NCBI GenBank assembly: GCA_001643675.2
Contig: LSRY02000036.1
Coordinates: forward strand, 186,001 to 250,000
Origin: Monocercomonoides exilis PA203
Taxonomy: Eukaryota; Protista; Preaxostyla
Direction of reading: 5' to 3'
DNA: 64,000 bases
Below the pieces are notes generated by a model, which made no database searches, was not told where the DNA came from, and saw only the letters and a list, made by a program, of their open reading frames with translations. This document shows, piece by piece, positions 11,893-24,965 of the stretch. A program made the translations under genes and the position numbers. The stretch's first letter is position 1; the number at the start of each line of letters is the position of its first letter.

Positions 11893-13615
11893 ATGGGAAT
11901 TCTTGATTTTTTATCCAAAGCAGCAAGCCGCATTACGTCTGCTGGAGGAGAAATACTTAATGTTGGATCATATAGGGTGCAAGTGCAGAAGAAAATTGGA
12001 GAGGGTGTGAAAATTATTCTTAATTTATTCATTGAAGATTTCTTTTCAAAAGGAGGATTTGCTGCTGTTTATCTTGTAAAAGATCTTCAAAATGGTTTCT
12101 TGTATTCTATTATGGACTATTTGTGATGTTCTATATTTGCTTTAAATTCTCATCAGGCAGGCTTTATGCACTAAAAAGGATGATGGCTTCATCAGAAGAT
12201 TCTATTCAAGACTGCGAGGCGGAGATATCTGTGATGGCTTGACCATAAATTATGAAATACATTTTTTATCCTTTTTTAAAATTAATAAATAGAGCCAACT
12301 TAATCATCCAAACATTGTAAAATTGCTGCATTCAGAATGCTTGAACAAATATGGAAGACAAAGGGAATATTTACTCCTCATGGAATACTGTCCTACAACT
12401 CTTGTTTCTGAAATGAATGAAGTTGCAAATTCCATGAGATTTTCTGAAAGCAAAGTGCTTTCTATTTTTGAGCAAATTGTTCAAGGTGTTGTGTACATGC
12501 ACACGAGATCACCACCAATAATACATAGAGATTTGAAAGTGGAAAACATTTTCCATTCAAGTGACGGCTGCTTTAAAGTTGGAGATTTTGGAAGCTGTAC
12601 AACCAAGATCTATGATACATCTTCTATCAGTATTTCACAAAGAACGTCGCTTCAAGAGTTTTTTCAAAAGGTAACTACACCATGCTATCGAGCGCCAGAA
12701 ATGACCGACCTGTTCCGCAAGCAGAAAATCGGGCCCAAAGTGGATGTGTGGGCGCTGGGATGCCTGCTGTACACGATGTGTTTTTACGAGAATCCGTTTG
12801 AGAGGAACGGAGACCTCGCGATTCTGAATGTGTCGTACACGTACCCGCCGCTGGACCAGTGGGTGCACGAAGAGCGGGAGCGCTGCGGCGGGCGCGGCAG
12901 CGGGAGAGAAATGTTCTCCACAGCCACACTCGCGCTGATCGACTTTATGCTCGAACCAAACCCAGAAAACAGGCCGTCCTCGATGCAGGTGCTGCTTCGC
13001 CTGTGCTCGATGCTGGGGAAGCCGTATCCCTCACATCTTCCGGTGTGTATTGGTGGAATGTGTCTTTGAAATTAATATGATGTTATGTAATGTAATGTAG
13101 TTTTTTCTATTTTGTTTAATTTTTTCATTTTTAATATTTCTAATTATACCACTTTAAATGCGATGAATTAAAGTTTTTTTTAATCATTTAATCTTCCTGA
13201 ATTTTAATATTTATTTATTTATTTATTTTTTCTGTTATTGTAATGCAACATTTATTAAAGCGACCACCTCCTCCGCTTCCTTCGACCATCACTCCAAGAC
13301 ATGTCACGTGGCTTCAATCAATCACAAATGCAAAGGAAAAATCGGTTTGTTTTGATCATCAAAAAGAAAAATAATTTTTGTTGTTATTATAATTTTAATC
13401 ATTTAAATGACATTTTGCTAATACCTAATGCTGATATGATCAAATTAACTTCGTTCATTTTGTGATTTTTTATTTATTTATTTCTTTTTTTTTTTTAAAA
13501 TTTGAATTTCTTTAGAAACGAAGAAGACAACTTGCAACATTACCAAAACCTGAATCATCGGAATCTCAAGACACAGAATCTGCCTCAGCCTCATCTTCTG
13601 CTTCATCTTCCACAT

Positions 13616-13646
<31 letters not shown>

Positions 13647-14334
13647 TTCTTCTTCTTCTACTTCTTCATTTTTCCAATCTTATTCTTCTTCTTCTTCTTC
13701 TGCCTCAGCAGCTTCTGAAAGCATCTCAGCCACACACCAAAAGACCGAAAGAGCAAAAACAGCTGCACAACAATCATTTCCTTCTGCTGTAAGTAGTCAG
13801 ACCTCAACATCGTTTTTCTCTTTTTCTCAGTTTCAGCCTCAATCTCAATCTCAATCTCAATCGCAAACACACACAACACAGAAACTGCAAGCTCTTCCTT
13901 CTTCTTCTTCTTCTATTTCTTCTTCTTATGCCTCTTCTTCAACTTCTTCTTCTTCTTCTGCCTCTTCTTCTCCTCAGACTCAACATCCATCCACCACATT
14001 CTTCAGTTCATTCAGCAGTCCGTCAAGCAAGCCATCTGACGCACACTCGCCCAGCACAGTCAGCCGTTCCTTCTTTCACACAGAGCAAATGCCTCAGAAG
14101 ATACCCGTGGCCACGCAGTTCACGTTCTCCTCTGCCTCTTTCTCTCCCTCAGCCTTCGTGGCTGTCCCCCAGCCACACGCCTTGCCTCCAAGCAGAAGCG
14201 CACCGCATCTCTCGTTGAATGCGCCTTCTGCTGCACTTTCATCGGACCATTCGACTCTTCCTCCACCTGCGATTCCGCCCCGACCTGTCTATACAGAGGC
14301 ATTCATTTCATCTCTGTACCCGTTTTTGGAGTGA
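11893..14334 (+). CDS. NAK-family (AAK1/BIKE/GAK/Ark1-Prk1-like) Ser/Thr kinase with Ser/Pro-rich tail
   Basis: IGEGGFAAVY, YALKRM, HPNIV, LMEYC, PPIIHRDLKVEN, GDFGS, TTPCYRAPEM, IGPKVDVWALGCLLY. Introns 12005..12052, 12095..12156, 12237..12292 (GC-AG), ~13043..13260 and ~13346..13515. Confidence 0.88.
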
Positions 14335-14806
14335 AGGAACTGTTGATTGTTTGATTTGTGTTTGTTTGATTTATGTTTATTTATTTTATTTATTTATTTA
14401 TTTATTTTTTTTCTTTTTTTCCGAATGGTTTGAAGCTGAAAATTCTTCTTCCCGGTTGTTGCTGTTTATGGAATATGTATTAGTAATGTTTAAATTGTTG
14501 TTTATGATTAGTTTTATTTTGAATTATTATTATTATTATTATTATTTTCTGTGATATGAATTAGTAATGCATAACAGATGACAAATGTGAAGTGAAAAGA
14601 AAATGCAATTTTGTGGATGAGGAGAAAAATAAAGTGAGCTATTTTATTTTTTTTTTAAAAAAAAAAACGATGTAATTGAAAGCTAAAGACACAAAGCAGA
14701 TTTGATATTTAATAAAAGAGTGAGAGTGAGAGTGAGAGAGAGAGAGAAGCAGAAAGAGTGGGAAGTGAATGGAATCCAAGATATAATGAGACAAATAAAC
14801 AAAAGT

Positions 14807-17085
14807 TCATTCGCCAAAGTACACAGCCGTGCCCTGCCCTGCTCTTTTGTCCTCCTTCCACCACCCGTCATACACCTCCCCCGAAGCAAACACACAGCAC
14901 CCGTGCCCGTGGCGCATGTCGTTAACAAACGTGCCCTCATACACATCTCCTCCTTCTGTCTTCAGCACACCATGCCCTTCCCGTTTCCCATGCGCCCACT
15001 CGCCCTGGTAGTGGTCTCCCGTCGCATAGTCGCATTCTCCCTGCCCACTCGGCTCGTCATCCAGCCACTCGCCATTGTACACATCTCCGTTTGCAAACGT
15101 GCAGGAGCCGAAGCCGCACCGACGGTTCTTCACAAAGGCACCTTCATACACATCCCCACTGGCACATTCAAGTGTGCCTTCTCCCTGAATGTAATCTTCC
15201 TCAAACTGACCGCTGTACACATCCCCGTTTTTCATGCGCAGCGTGCCCATTCCGTGGCGCTTCGACTTCATAAAGTCTCCTTCGTATTCATCTCCATTCG
15301 CATACTTCACCCTTCCTGTTGATGTGGCCTCTCTTTCCCCGCACCTCCACTTCCCGCTCATCGCATCTCCTGTCACAGACGTCAGCGTGCCTTCTCCGTG
15401 TCGCCGGTCGTTCAGCCACTGCCCTTCATACACCTCTCCATTCGTATATCGCATCATGCCCATCCCGCTCTTCACATCGTTTCTCCACTTCCCGCTGTAC
15501 ACATCCCCATTCGCATACTCACATTTCCCTTCTCCGCATCGCTGCCCAAAGCGCCACTGCCCTGTGTACCGCGAGCCATCTGCAAAGAGCATCGACCCAT
15601 CTCCGTGGCGCACCCCGTCTTCCCACATTCCTTCATACACGCTGCCATCCACATAGCTCATTTTCCCTTTTCCATGCTGCTTGTCATTCAGCCACTCGCC
15701 TTCGTATTTCTCTCCGTTCACATAAACCATCGTGCCGTATCCATAGCACCGATTCTTCACGAACTCACCTTCGTATTTGTCTCCGTTCGGATAGGTCATC
15801 TTTCCTTTGCCATCAATTCTCCTGAGAAAAGAGAAGAGGAAATTATAACAGCAACAAGAATAAAAATTGACGAAATGATTCAAATATCAAAGAAAATCAA
15901 TTGAGAAATAAAATTGAAGTAAATAATAATAAAAATAACAACAAATAAATCGATAGCAAACTTGTTATGTTCCCAAAGACCTTCAAATATTTCTCCATTT
16001 GCATAATAAGCAATGCCTTCCCCGCTGATCTCGTCATCCTTCCACTGCCCGACGTACTTGTCTCCGTTGCACAGCACAAACGTGCCTGTTCCGTGCCTCA
16101 TGTCGTCTTTCCAGTCTCCGCTGTATCGATTCCCGTTCGCATATTCACACACGCCTCGCCCATTTCTCTTATCATCCTGCCAATCGCCAAGATACTTGTC
16201 TGAAGGCGACGAATCATCGTCAGACAGAAAATCGGTTGTCATCTCATAATCATCCGCAACACCTCCCGCTCCAGTTGACATTGGCGATGCTGCTGTGGAT
16301 AACTGATATTGCATGCTGCTCATTGGAGAAGCTGTTCCTCCAAATTGTCTGGTCTTCATTCCCATCATCTGAGATCCAATCATGGAGCTTTCTTGATATC
16401 TCCGCTGCCCTCTTCCTTTCGAAGTGAGTCCCATCTGTTGCAAAGTTCGAAGTTCGTCAATTGGACTTGTCAATGGATACGCTCCTGTTGCCATCTGTCT
16501 CATCTTACCTCGATGAAATGAAGAGTCAGAAATAATATTTGACGCTCCGAGTCCTCGAGTTTGTTGATCTGAGCTAATTGTACGAGTTTGCGTTCCTTGA
16601 AAAGATCTCGAAACGACTCCTCCTTGAGTCGATTGTCCAATTCCTGGAGGGGTGGATTCGGCTCCAGAACCACGAAAACGATTTTGCTTTCCGATAGGTC
16701 CTTCTCTATCTGCACCAGACACATGTAAAGCTTTCGTTGATAAAGGTGATAAGGAAGGAAGCCCTGCGCATCTCTTGCCATGACGAAGTGAAGAAGGAGA
16801 TTCATCAACAGTTTCACCATATCCAGAAAGAGAAGGCGCTGTGGCAAAAACTGGAGAAACGTTGAATCTTGGTTGCACTGATGTGCGTTGTTGAGGAGAA
16901 TACTGGTTAGTTTTCATTGATTGCTGCAATGTTCGAGGGGTTTGATGAAGAGAGCGAGAAGACGATAACTGTTCTCTGCTTTGTCTTGACGAAGATAACC
17001 CTTCTTCTTCTCCAGATAAACCCATTCCATATCCATACATTCCCGATTGCTGGGCTTGCGAATATTGAGTGCCTCTCAGGCTCAT
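14807..17085 (-). CDS. MORN-repeat protein with disordered N-terminus
   Basis: About 18 repeats of YxGxWxxDxxxGxGxxxYxNGDx; intron 15822..15961 joins EHNK to RIDGKG; ATG 17085, TGA 14807. Confidence 0.9.
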
Positions 17086-17261
17086 AGATTTAAACAAAAG
17101 TCAAAGAACGGTTTCAAATACAAATTAGTATATAGCTGATCAAATTTGATAATTTGTCAATTATGTGAAAGTTGAGAATAGTTTTAATTATATCATATTA
17201 TTTTGTTAAAATATTTTTCAAAAATATCAAGTACCCACTATAACTTATTGGCGTTATAAAA

Positions 17262-19564
17262 ATGAGTGATGCTGATGCTGTACGACAAGCTGAAGAGGAT
17301 TATGAATCATTGAAAGCTAAAAAAGAATTGAAAGAATTTTTATCAATTTCTGTACCTGTGAATAAAGTGCAATATTACCGGAATTTTTTAAGAAAGTTTG
17401 TTTTCAATTTATTGTCAGAATTTTATTGTTTATAATTCTCGTTTTAAAAATAAATTGAAAAACATAAAAATGGAAAATAATTGTTATTTTTAGTTTGGAA
17501 TTGAAGCATCCAGGAATAAAACCAGTCATTTCAGATGAAAATAATAAAAACAATAAGCTTATTTTGCTTATTGATGGAACGAAGGAGGACGATTTGCCTG
17601 ATTCAATTAAAGAAGATATAAAAAGCGAAAAAATATCTCTTGGATTACATGGTGTAATGGTTGGTACCGACCATCTGACATATGGTTTGAACATCATGAA
17701 TTAAAAAATTTTTTAATTCTAAATTGAATTGAAACATTTGTAAAATTTGCAAGACATTGCATTATCACGTGTGCTCCCTTCCTCTGTTCCAAATGTTGTT
17801 TCTTTCGAAACCGTTGGGCACATCGCACATCTGAATCTTCGAAATGAGCATCTGCCATTTCGACATCTGATTGGAAAGGTAATTTTGGAACGATGCCCTC
17901 AAATATCCACTGTTGTTAACAAAACAGCTAACATTGAATCAGAATTTCGCGTGTTTCCTATGGAAATTCTTGCAGGAGAGGATAGAACTGAAGTGAAATT
18001 GGTATGTATTTAAATTATAATGAAATTTAACAACAATGGATTTTCACTTTTTTTTTGAAAAAAAAAATTATTTGTGTGTGAATTCTATTTGGTTATTAGA
18101 AAGAGCATGGGGTTAACTTTCGATTTGATTATCGCGAGGTCTATTGGAATTCTCGTCTTTCTGATGAGCACCAGAGAATCGTCCAGCTGTGCGGTGCGAA
18201 TGAAGTTGTGGCTGATTTGTTTGCAGGCGTTGGCCCTTTCGCTGTGCCAATTGCAATGTGCTCACAAGTGCCAAAGCATCTCTCATTGATGGATTCATCT
18301 TCCTCTTCATCATCTTCTTCCTCTCCTTCTTCCTCGTCTTGTTCTTCTTCTTCGTGTGTTCCATCCACTTCACACACACACAAGAAGCCAAAGAGCACAG
18401 AGTATATTGAGACTGACAGATATGTCTATGCGAACGATCTGAATCCAGAGTCCTTCAAATGGCTGAAGGTGAACTGCAAAGAAAACAGAGTGGAGGATCG
18501 AGTGGTGTGTCTGAATGAAGATGGACATGTGGCAGTGTCTGTGATTGTGCAGAAGTACATTCTGCCTGCAATGAAGGAGATGAAGGAGAAGGAGAAAGAG
18601 GAGAAAGAGAGTTCGAAAGAAAAGGAAAAAGAAAAAGAAAAAGAAGTGAAAGAAAAAATGAATGAAACAAATGATTCAGAGCAGAATCATACAAAACATG
18701 AAGAAGAAGCAAGCTCTTTAACATCACCTTCTTCTGTGCCAATGGACAAAGAAGAAAGTGTTTGCAAGCAAAAACGCAACCAAATAGAAGGAGAATGCAA
18801 AATCGATGAAGATACACGAAAAAATGAAAAGATGATCCGATCAGCTGAGAATATGACCCAAAAAATGGCTGAAGGCAAAGAAACTGTTCAGAAAGGCAGA
18901 CACAAACAGGAAAAGACGCCTCGGAAGCTGACGAAGATTACTTCGAAGGCTTCATTCCCTTTCTCTCGCTTTCCTGAGCGGTTTATTATGAACCTCCCAG
19001 CTTCTGCTCCGGAGTTTTTGGGTTTGTTCACATTTTTGTTGAAAAAATAATTTGAATTTCGTTTTTTTTTTTTAATTTCTTTCTTTCTTTCTTTCTTCTT
19101 CTTCTCTTTTTCTTTCTCTTTTTGTCGCCAACCATCATTTATCCAAACGCAATTCTCTTTCCCTTCTTTCATTTTTGTCTTCAGATGCCTTTGTTGGTTG
19201 TATGACACCTTTGTGTGACGATTCTGCAGACAGCTGTGTGTTTGCCGAAAATGATGAGCTTTCATCCAATCAATCACCTTCATCCTCTTCTCTTTCTTCT
19301 TCTTCTTCTTCTTCTTCTTCTTCTTCTTCTTCTATTCCTTCCTCCTCTTCTTCTTCCTCTCCTCCTTCTTCTTCTGCTTCAATATCACACACCAGTCGAA
19401 TCTTAAGACAAGTACGTCTTTTGAATGGAGCTGTTTATCGCCATCCTCTTTTCACAGGAGCATTTGAGGAGAACACTGTACCATTGCCACTGATCCACTG
19501 CTATTACTTCACAAGAGCACAGCCAGAGAATAGGATGAGCGAATTTATTGAGGTATGTTTAAAT

Positions 19565-19622
<58 letters not shown>

Positions 19623-19978
19623 AAACAGTTATTGGATTGTAATGCTGTAATTTGGATGAATGTTTTTATTAATTCTTTTTTAATTAATTAATTAATTAAT
19701 TGGTTATTGAATTCTGTTTCTTTTTTTCATTTTTATGAATTTTTGATGAATAATTCTTTCAATAAATAATTTTTTTTTATTTTTATCTATACACAATCAC
19801 AATAATATCTTTCCAGAGAGCTTCTCATGCGATGTGCGGATTCCGCCTGAATGAGGCGATAAACGAGCTTTCGTTGAAGGAGATTCGAGACGTGGCTCCT
19901 CTGAAGATGATGATATGTGCTACATTTCGATTACCGATGGAAGTGGCATTTCATGGGATTGATCAACATTCCTCGTGA
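17262..19978 (+). CDS. TRM5: tRNA (guanine37-N1)-methyltransferase
   Basis: SFETVGHIAHLNLR, VVNK..IESEFR, VYWNSRL..EH, DLFAGVGPFAVP, YANDLNPES, MNLP..A.EFL, IHCYYF, IRDVAPLKMMICATFRLP across ~6 exons; ATG 17262, TGA 19978. Confidence 0.92.
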
Positions 19979-20662
19979 TATTGAGTGGAGGGGAAAAAAA
20001 AAGCAGGGAAGAGAGAGAGAAAGAAAGAAAGAAATTTAGAAAATTAAAATATGAAATGTATTGTGAATGAGTAGTTGATTAGTTTTTTTCCGAATGAAGA
20101 TGTATAATTTGAAGGAAATTCGGATTTAAGAAATGAAAAAAAGTTGAGATGAATTGCAATGGTGAAGGATCATGAAAGAATATTTTATTTCGAGATGAAG
20201 AAATTATTGGAAGGAAAATGCGTATTATTTAATACTAGTGCAGTAGAAAACAAAGAATACGAGAAAATATTTATTCTTTATTTATTTTAACTAAAGCAAT
20301 CAAGTTCTTTTCTCTTTTATGAATCTTCTTTCGCTCAATCAATTCGTCTTTGAAAATAATTCAAATAAATACAGGCATTTCAAACAAAATCAATTAACAT
20401 TGTATTTCAGTGAATTTCATTTAATTCTTTGTCTCCTTTTGTTTTTGATTTTTTCATTTAATGTGAGAATAACTAATTTTTGAATCAGAAAATTCAATGA
20501 AAAGCAATCTTATAAAAAATGAATAAATAAATACAATCTTGATTTCTTTTTTTATTCAAAAAAGTTAATCTGTTGAAGGTTCATTGCTTTCAGCTGTGTA
20601 TTATTATTTTGGTTTTTCAATTCATCTTCAATAAAAAAATATGGGGATTTTTCAAATTTGAG

Positions 20663-23639
20663 ATGGCGCATCCTGGAACTTGTTTTCTTTGTGAGCAGAA
20701 TCCCGCATCGTTCTTTTGTATATTTAATATTCCTATCGATGTGGCTGTTTCAATAAGACAGCAAAATGAAGAAATATTTCCGAAGCAAAGAGAATCGATT
20801 TTCACTCCTTTACCTCCCAGAGCAAGTTCGGTTGAAGAATCTGAAGTGTTTCTTATGTGTAAAAAATGTCTTTCTCTTGTTCAATTACAACGAGGTATGT
20901 GCTGTACTTTCATTTATGTAAATTATTCTTTCATATTAGTAAATGTTCCGAAGATTCCACCACTACCAGCCACTTTGACATTGATAAATCCTTTAGAACT
21001 TATGAACCCTACAAGTCTTACAGCCGTATGACCTTTATCATTGGTTTTCTGATACTTGTCAATTTACTTTTTTTTGTTTACAAAATGATTAGTTGTATGA
21101 AAAACATCTCATCATTCACACATCACCAACAGATGCGTTCTGGATGTGCTTCGGTTCGAGTGTTGCTCATTTGAGCTTCATAAATCAAGCAAACAGAATA
21201 TTTCAAAGAGATAAACAGTTTGCTATTCAATATTTCAATATATTAAGATAACTTGTTTTCAAATTTTGAAGGGAATTTGAAGAGGAATACCAAAGGTACT
21301 GCATTGAGCAGTCATCTATTCGCACATCTCCAAAGAATTCAAAGAAAGTTGGATTGTGGCAAGAGCCCGAAAAAGAGAAACATATGGCATGGGATGAAGA
21401 AACGGATGATGCGGATAATCAATTCATAACAGCATCAGAAGCTGCATATGGAAGGCGACAAGCTTCTCCTCACATTAAAAGCCCCGTTTCTGCTGGAAAA
21501 GATATTCCTGCAGCAGGGTATCACTATTCACCAAAGAAAGAGCAGGAAAGAAGAAGCATTCGATCACATCCGCCAAAGGAGAGCGGATTGTGGTGGATGG
21601 AAGACAGCGAGAACCAACCTGAAGATGAAGAAAGAGAATGCAGTGCTCCACAAATGGAAGAAAATGAACAGAAAATTTCCCAATTGTATCCAAAACCTTC
21701 AATTAAATGGCCAACAAATGCTGCACGAAAAGCTTCTTCTCCAAGCAAAAAGAAATTTAGCAGCGAACAACCACAAATATACGAAAGAGAAGACGAAAGA
21801 AATGAATTAGAAAAAGAAGAAGCCGATGAACTTGCACTGAAAGAAGAAAATGATATGAAAATAGCTCAAGAAAGAGAAAGAAGAAAAGAGAAAGCGAGAA
21901 GAGCAAAAGAACAAGAAAAAATCAAGGAACACGGCCAATCATCAGTCATTTCCTCGTCAAAGTCCTCATCTGAAGAGCTTCCAGTGACCATCGCCAACCC
22001 GCTTTACCTTGATATAGCTGCCAACCGCTCTCTGTTTGCTGGGCCGACTGCGAGCACAAACTGGGTGATTCCTGGTCTGCTGCTGATGGGCGCCTTTCCC
22101 GAGTACGATGTGAAGGCGCTGCTTGATTCCGGCGTAGAGGTGTTTGTGAATTTGATGATGGGCGACGAGATCAAAGAGAAGCGGAAGAGGATGGATGCGT
22201 ATTTCGAGTCGGCTGTGAGGCTTGTTCGAGAGGACGAGATGGCTGTGCTGAAGGCAGAGATGCAGAGAGAGAAAATGATCCAAGCCGAAAACGACAGAAG
22301 ACACATGCTCCCTTCTCCATCGGCAACTACATCGTCGCTCGCTTTCAAGCATCCGGCCACAGAAGGAAAAGGTTTTGCGCGCAGCGCCCGAGATTCGAGG
22401 GCAAACAGACCATCAACAGCGTCGTCTGTGTCATCCACATCAACATTGGCTTCTTCTTCTTCCACAGCTTCTTTGACTCGTATGACTCCATTGCTCAAGC
22501 AGTACATTTCACGCAGACCAGGAACTGCATACTCTTCCATTTCCCAGTCACCTTCACATTCTCCTTCTCCTTCTATTTCTTCTTCATCATCTCCATCTCC
22601 ATCTCCTCTGCCATCCAATTCACCAGATTTAGGACCATCTTTGCGCAACAGTCCATCTAAAGCAGCAGAAACGCAGATTCCTCCGAGGAAGTTCCAACAG
22701 TCGCTCGACAGGATGCAATACCTGGAGTTCCCCATCAGAGACGGATGCACAGCACACGACAGAGACACAGCAGCGCTTGTGGAGTATCTCACTTACTGCA
22801 TTGCAGAGCTGGGGCAGTGTGTGTTTGTCCACTCACTTGAAGGGCACGGACGCCCTGCTGTTATTTGCTCTCTTATTCTTGGTGTGAATAAAATTTTTAA
22901 TTCAATAAAAATTTTATTAATAATGATTTGACTTTGATATTTCTATTCATTTTTGTATATATGAAACGATTATTGTTATTCACATTCAAATTCATCTTCA
23001 ACTTCAACAAAAACAACATGACTTTTTTGTTAAGCTCGTCTGTTTGGTTCAACATCAACACGCGTCATCACCGCAATGCAAGAGTTCCACAACTGCCGCA
23101 AATTTACACCCGAATTCCCTTCTCCTGCTTCGCACGAGCAAAGAATGCAGATATATCGCATTGTGAATCTTTGGAACGGACAAACTGGAGGCTCATCAAC
23201 GCAGACACAAACAACCTCGTCTTCGTCATTTGGAACTCCCCACAGACCTTCTTCCTCCCAGTCGCAGCAGTCGCCTTCATCGCTATCTCCTCTGTCGTCC
23301 AGGGCTTCTTCTTCTGGAACTTCAATTTTGCCAGAGACGCTTGAAAGAGTGAACCAGTGGATTATTCACACTGGAACATCCGTTCTTCTAGCAATGCTTG
23401 GTGCAGCTCGGAGGTCTTTAACTTCATCCAATTCGCTTCTCTCATCTTCTCAATCATCGCTTGGCTCAACTACTCCGTCTCAGTCTTGCTCTCTTTCTTC
23501 ATCGAAAAATTCCTTCCAGAGCAAGCCGTCGTCTGTTTCTGCTGTTTCAGCAAAAGATTTTCCGGCTGGCCCTCATGCCATTTATCCAGCGAGGAAAAGG
23601 CCTGTCACAGCATCTTCTGATTCAAGGCGCATGATGTAG
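20663..23639 (+). CDS. Dual-specificity/PTP-fold phosphatase-like protein (predicted inactive) with Cys-rich N-terminus
   Basis: NWVIPGLLLMGAFP, GVEVFVNL, FPIRDG and VFVHSLEGHGRPAVICSLIL (HCxxGxGR with C>S); N-terminal CFLC...C...CKKC; several introns; TAG 23639. Confidence 0.75.
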
Positions 23640-24965
23640 ATGGCAAACATGAGAATCATTTCTTCCTTTCTTTATCTTTTTTATCTTTATTTTATTTTGG
23701 ATTTTTTATTTTCTTGTTTGGTTTAAGAAGTGTGAATATTGCGGAATTTATTTTTAAATTAACAAATTTGGACAAAGCGGAAAGTGAAATTTTCAGTTTA
23801 TTTTTTTCCACATAACTTTAAGAAATTTAAAGAAAATACTCATCATTGAAATAAGAGTTTTTTAAAAAAAATTGACGATATGATTCAAAGAAAGAGTATT
23901 TGGGGCTACAAAATATTTGTTTAATAAGAAATAAAAAAGTCACAGTTTTATGGAAATTTGAAATCAAAAATGATTAATAGAGCTTTCAATTCTTGAATAG
24001 GGTCAAAAGAACATTAATGTTGTGATATGCTCTTATTCTATTGAATGTTTTTGTGATTAATTAAAATTGAAAAGGCTTCAAACAAGTTTCTGACATATTA
24101 TTGCTTCTCCTTTTACACCAAACTTGACTTAGTCCCATCTTTTTCATCTTTTTGTTTATTTCATCTAAATTGTTGTGCATTTCTTTATCTTTGTCATTTT
24201 CAAATTATAATTAAAAGAAAAAAAAGAAGATTTTTAACTTTGTTTATTAAAAAGAAAAAACTTTTGGTAAAAACGTTTCCAATGTACAAATTCATTGGAA
24301 GAATACACATCCCTCAAGAAAACAACAACGCAATGCTCAAAGGAAAAAAAAGAGAGAGAAGAAAGAAAGAAAGAAAAGAAAAGAAACTGTCAACCAAATA
24401 TTCTTTTAATAACCGAAATGAAATGATAGCCAGTCAACATAACTCCAACTTGAATTGCTTCCAATGAGTACTTATCATCAAAGGAATAAATACAGATCAT
24501 AAAAAATTGCATCTTAAAAGCACGAAAAGGCAAAGATTAAGTAGCAAACGCAATTTGGTAGCATAAAAAGCAAAAAAATCAATGCAACAATAATTGAATT
24601 ATGAAGGTCTTCGAACGAATTACATTGTGGAAAACAAACATCAAGATTGCAAGACAAATTGTTATTAAAATAAAAAAGAAAAATAATCACATATTGATGA
24701 AATTAACCATTTCAAAGAAAGAGGAAGAAAAAGAAGCAGCAACAGTTGCTATTTACATGATATATGTGAATGTGTACAACTGAAGTGAAAGATTACTTAT
24801 TCTAAACAATAACAATAAAGGCGCATAATCTTAGAGTTGCTAATCTGCAAAGCATGCATCAATCATTAAATAAAAATATTATAACCGGAGAAAAAGAAAT
24901 AAATAGCTATTACACATATATAAAACCTGATTAAAGAAGAATTCACAGAAACACTTTATTTTCTT

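Noticed and set aside
14702-16249. Long plus-strand ORFs over the MORN gene (and similar antisense ORFs over the repeat protein and phosphatase)
   Set aside because: Antisense shadows of GC-rich or repetitive coding sequence.
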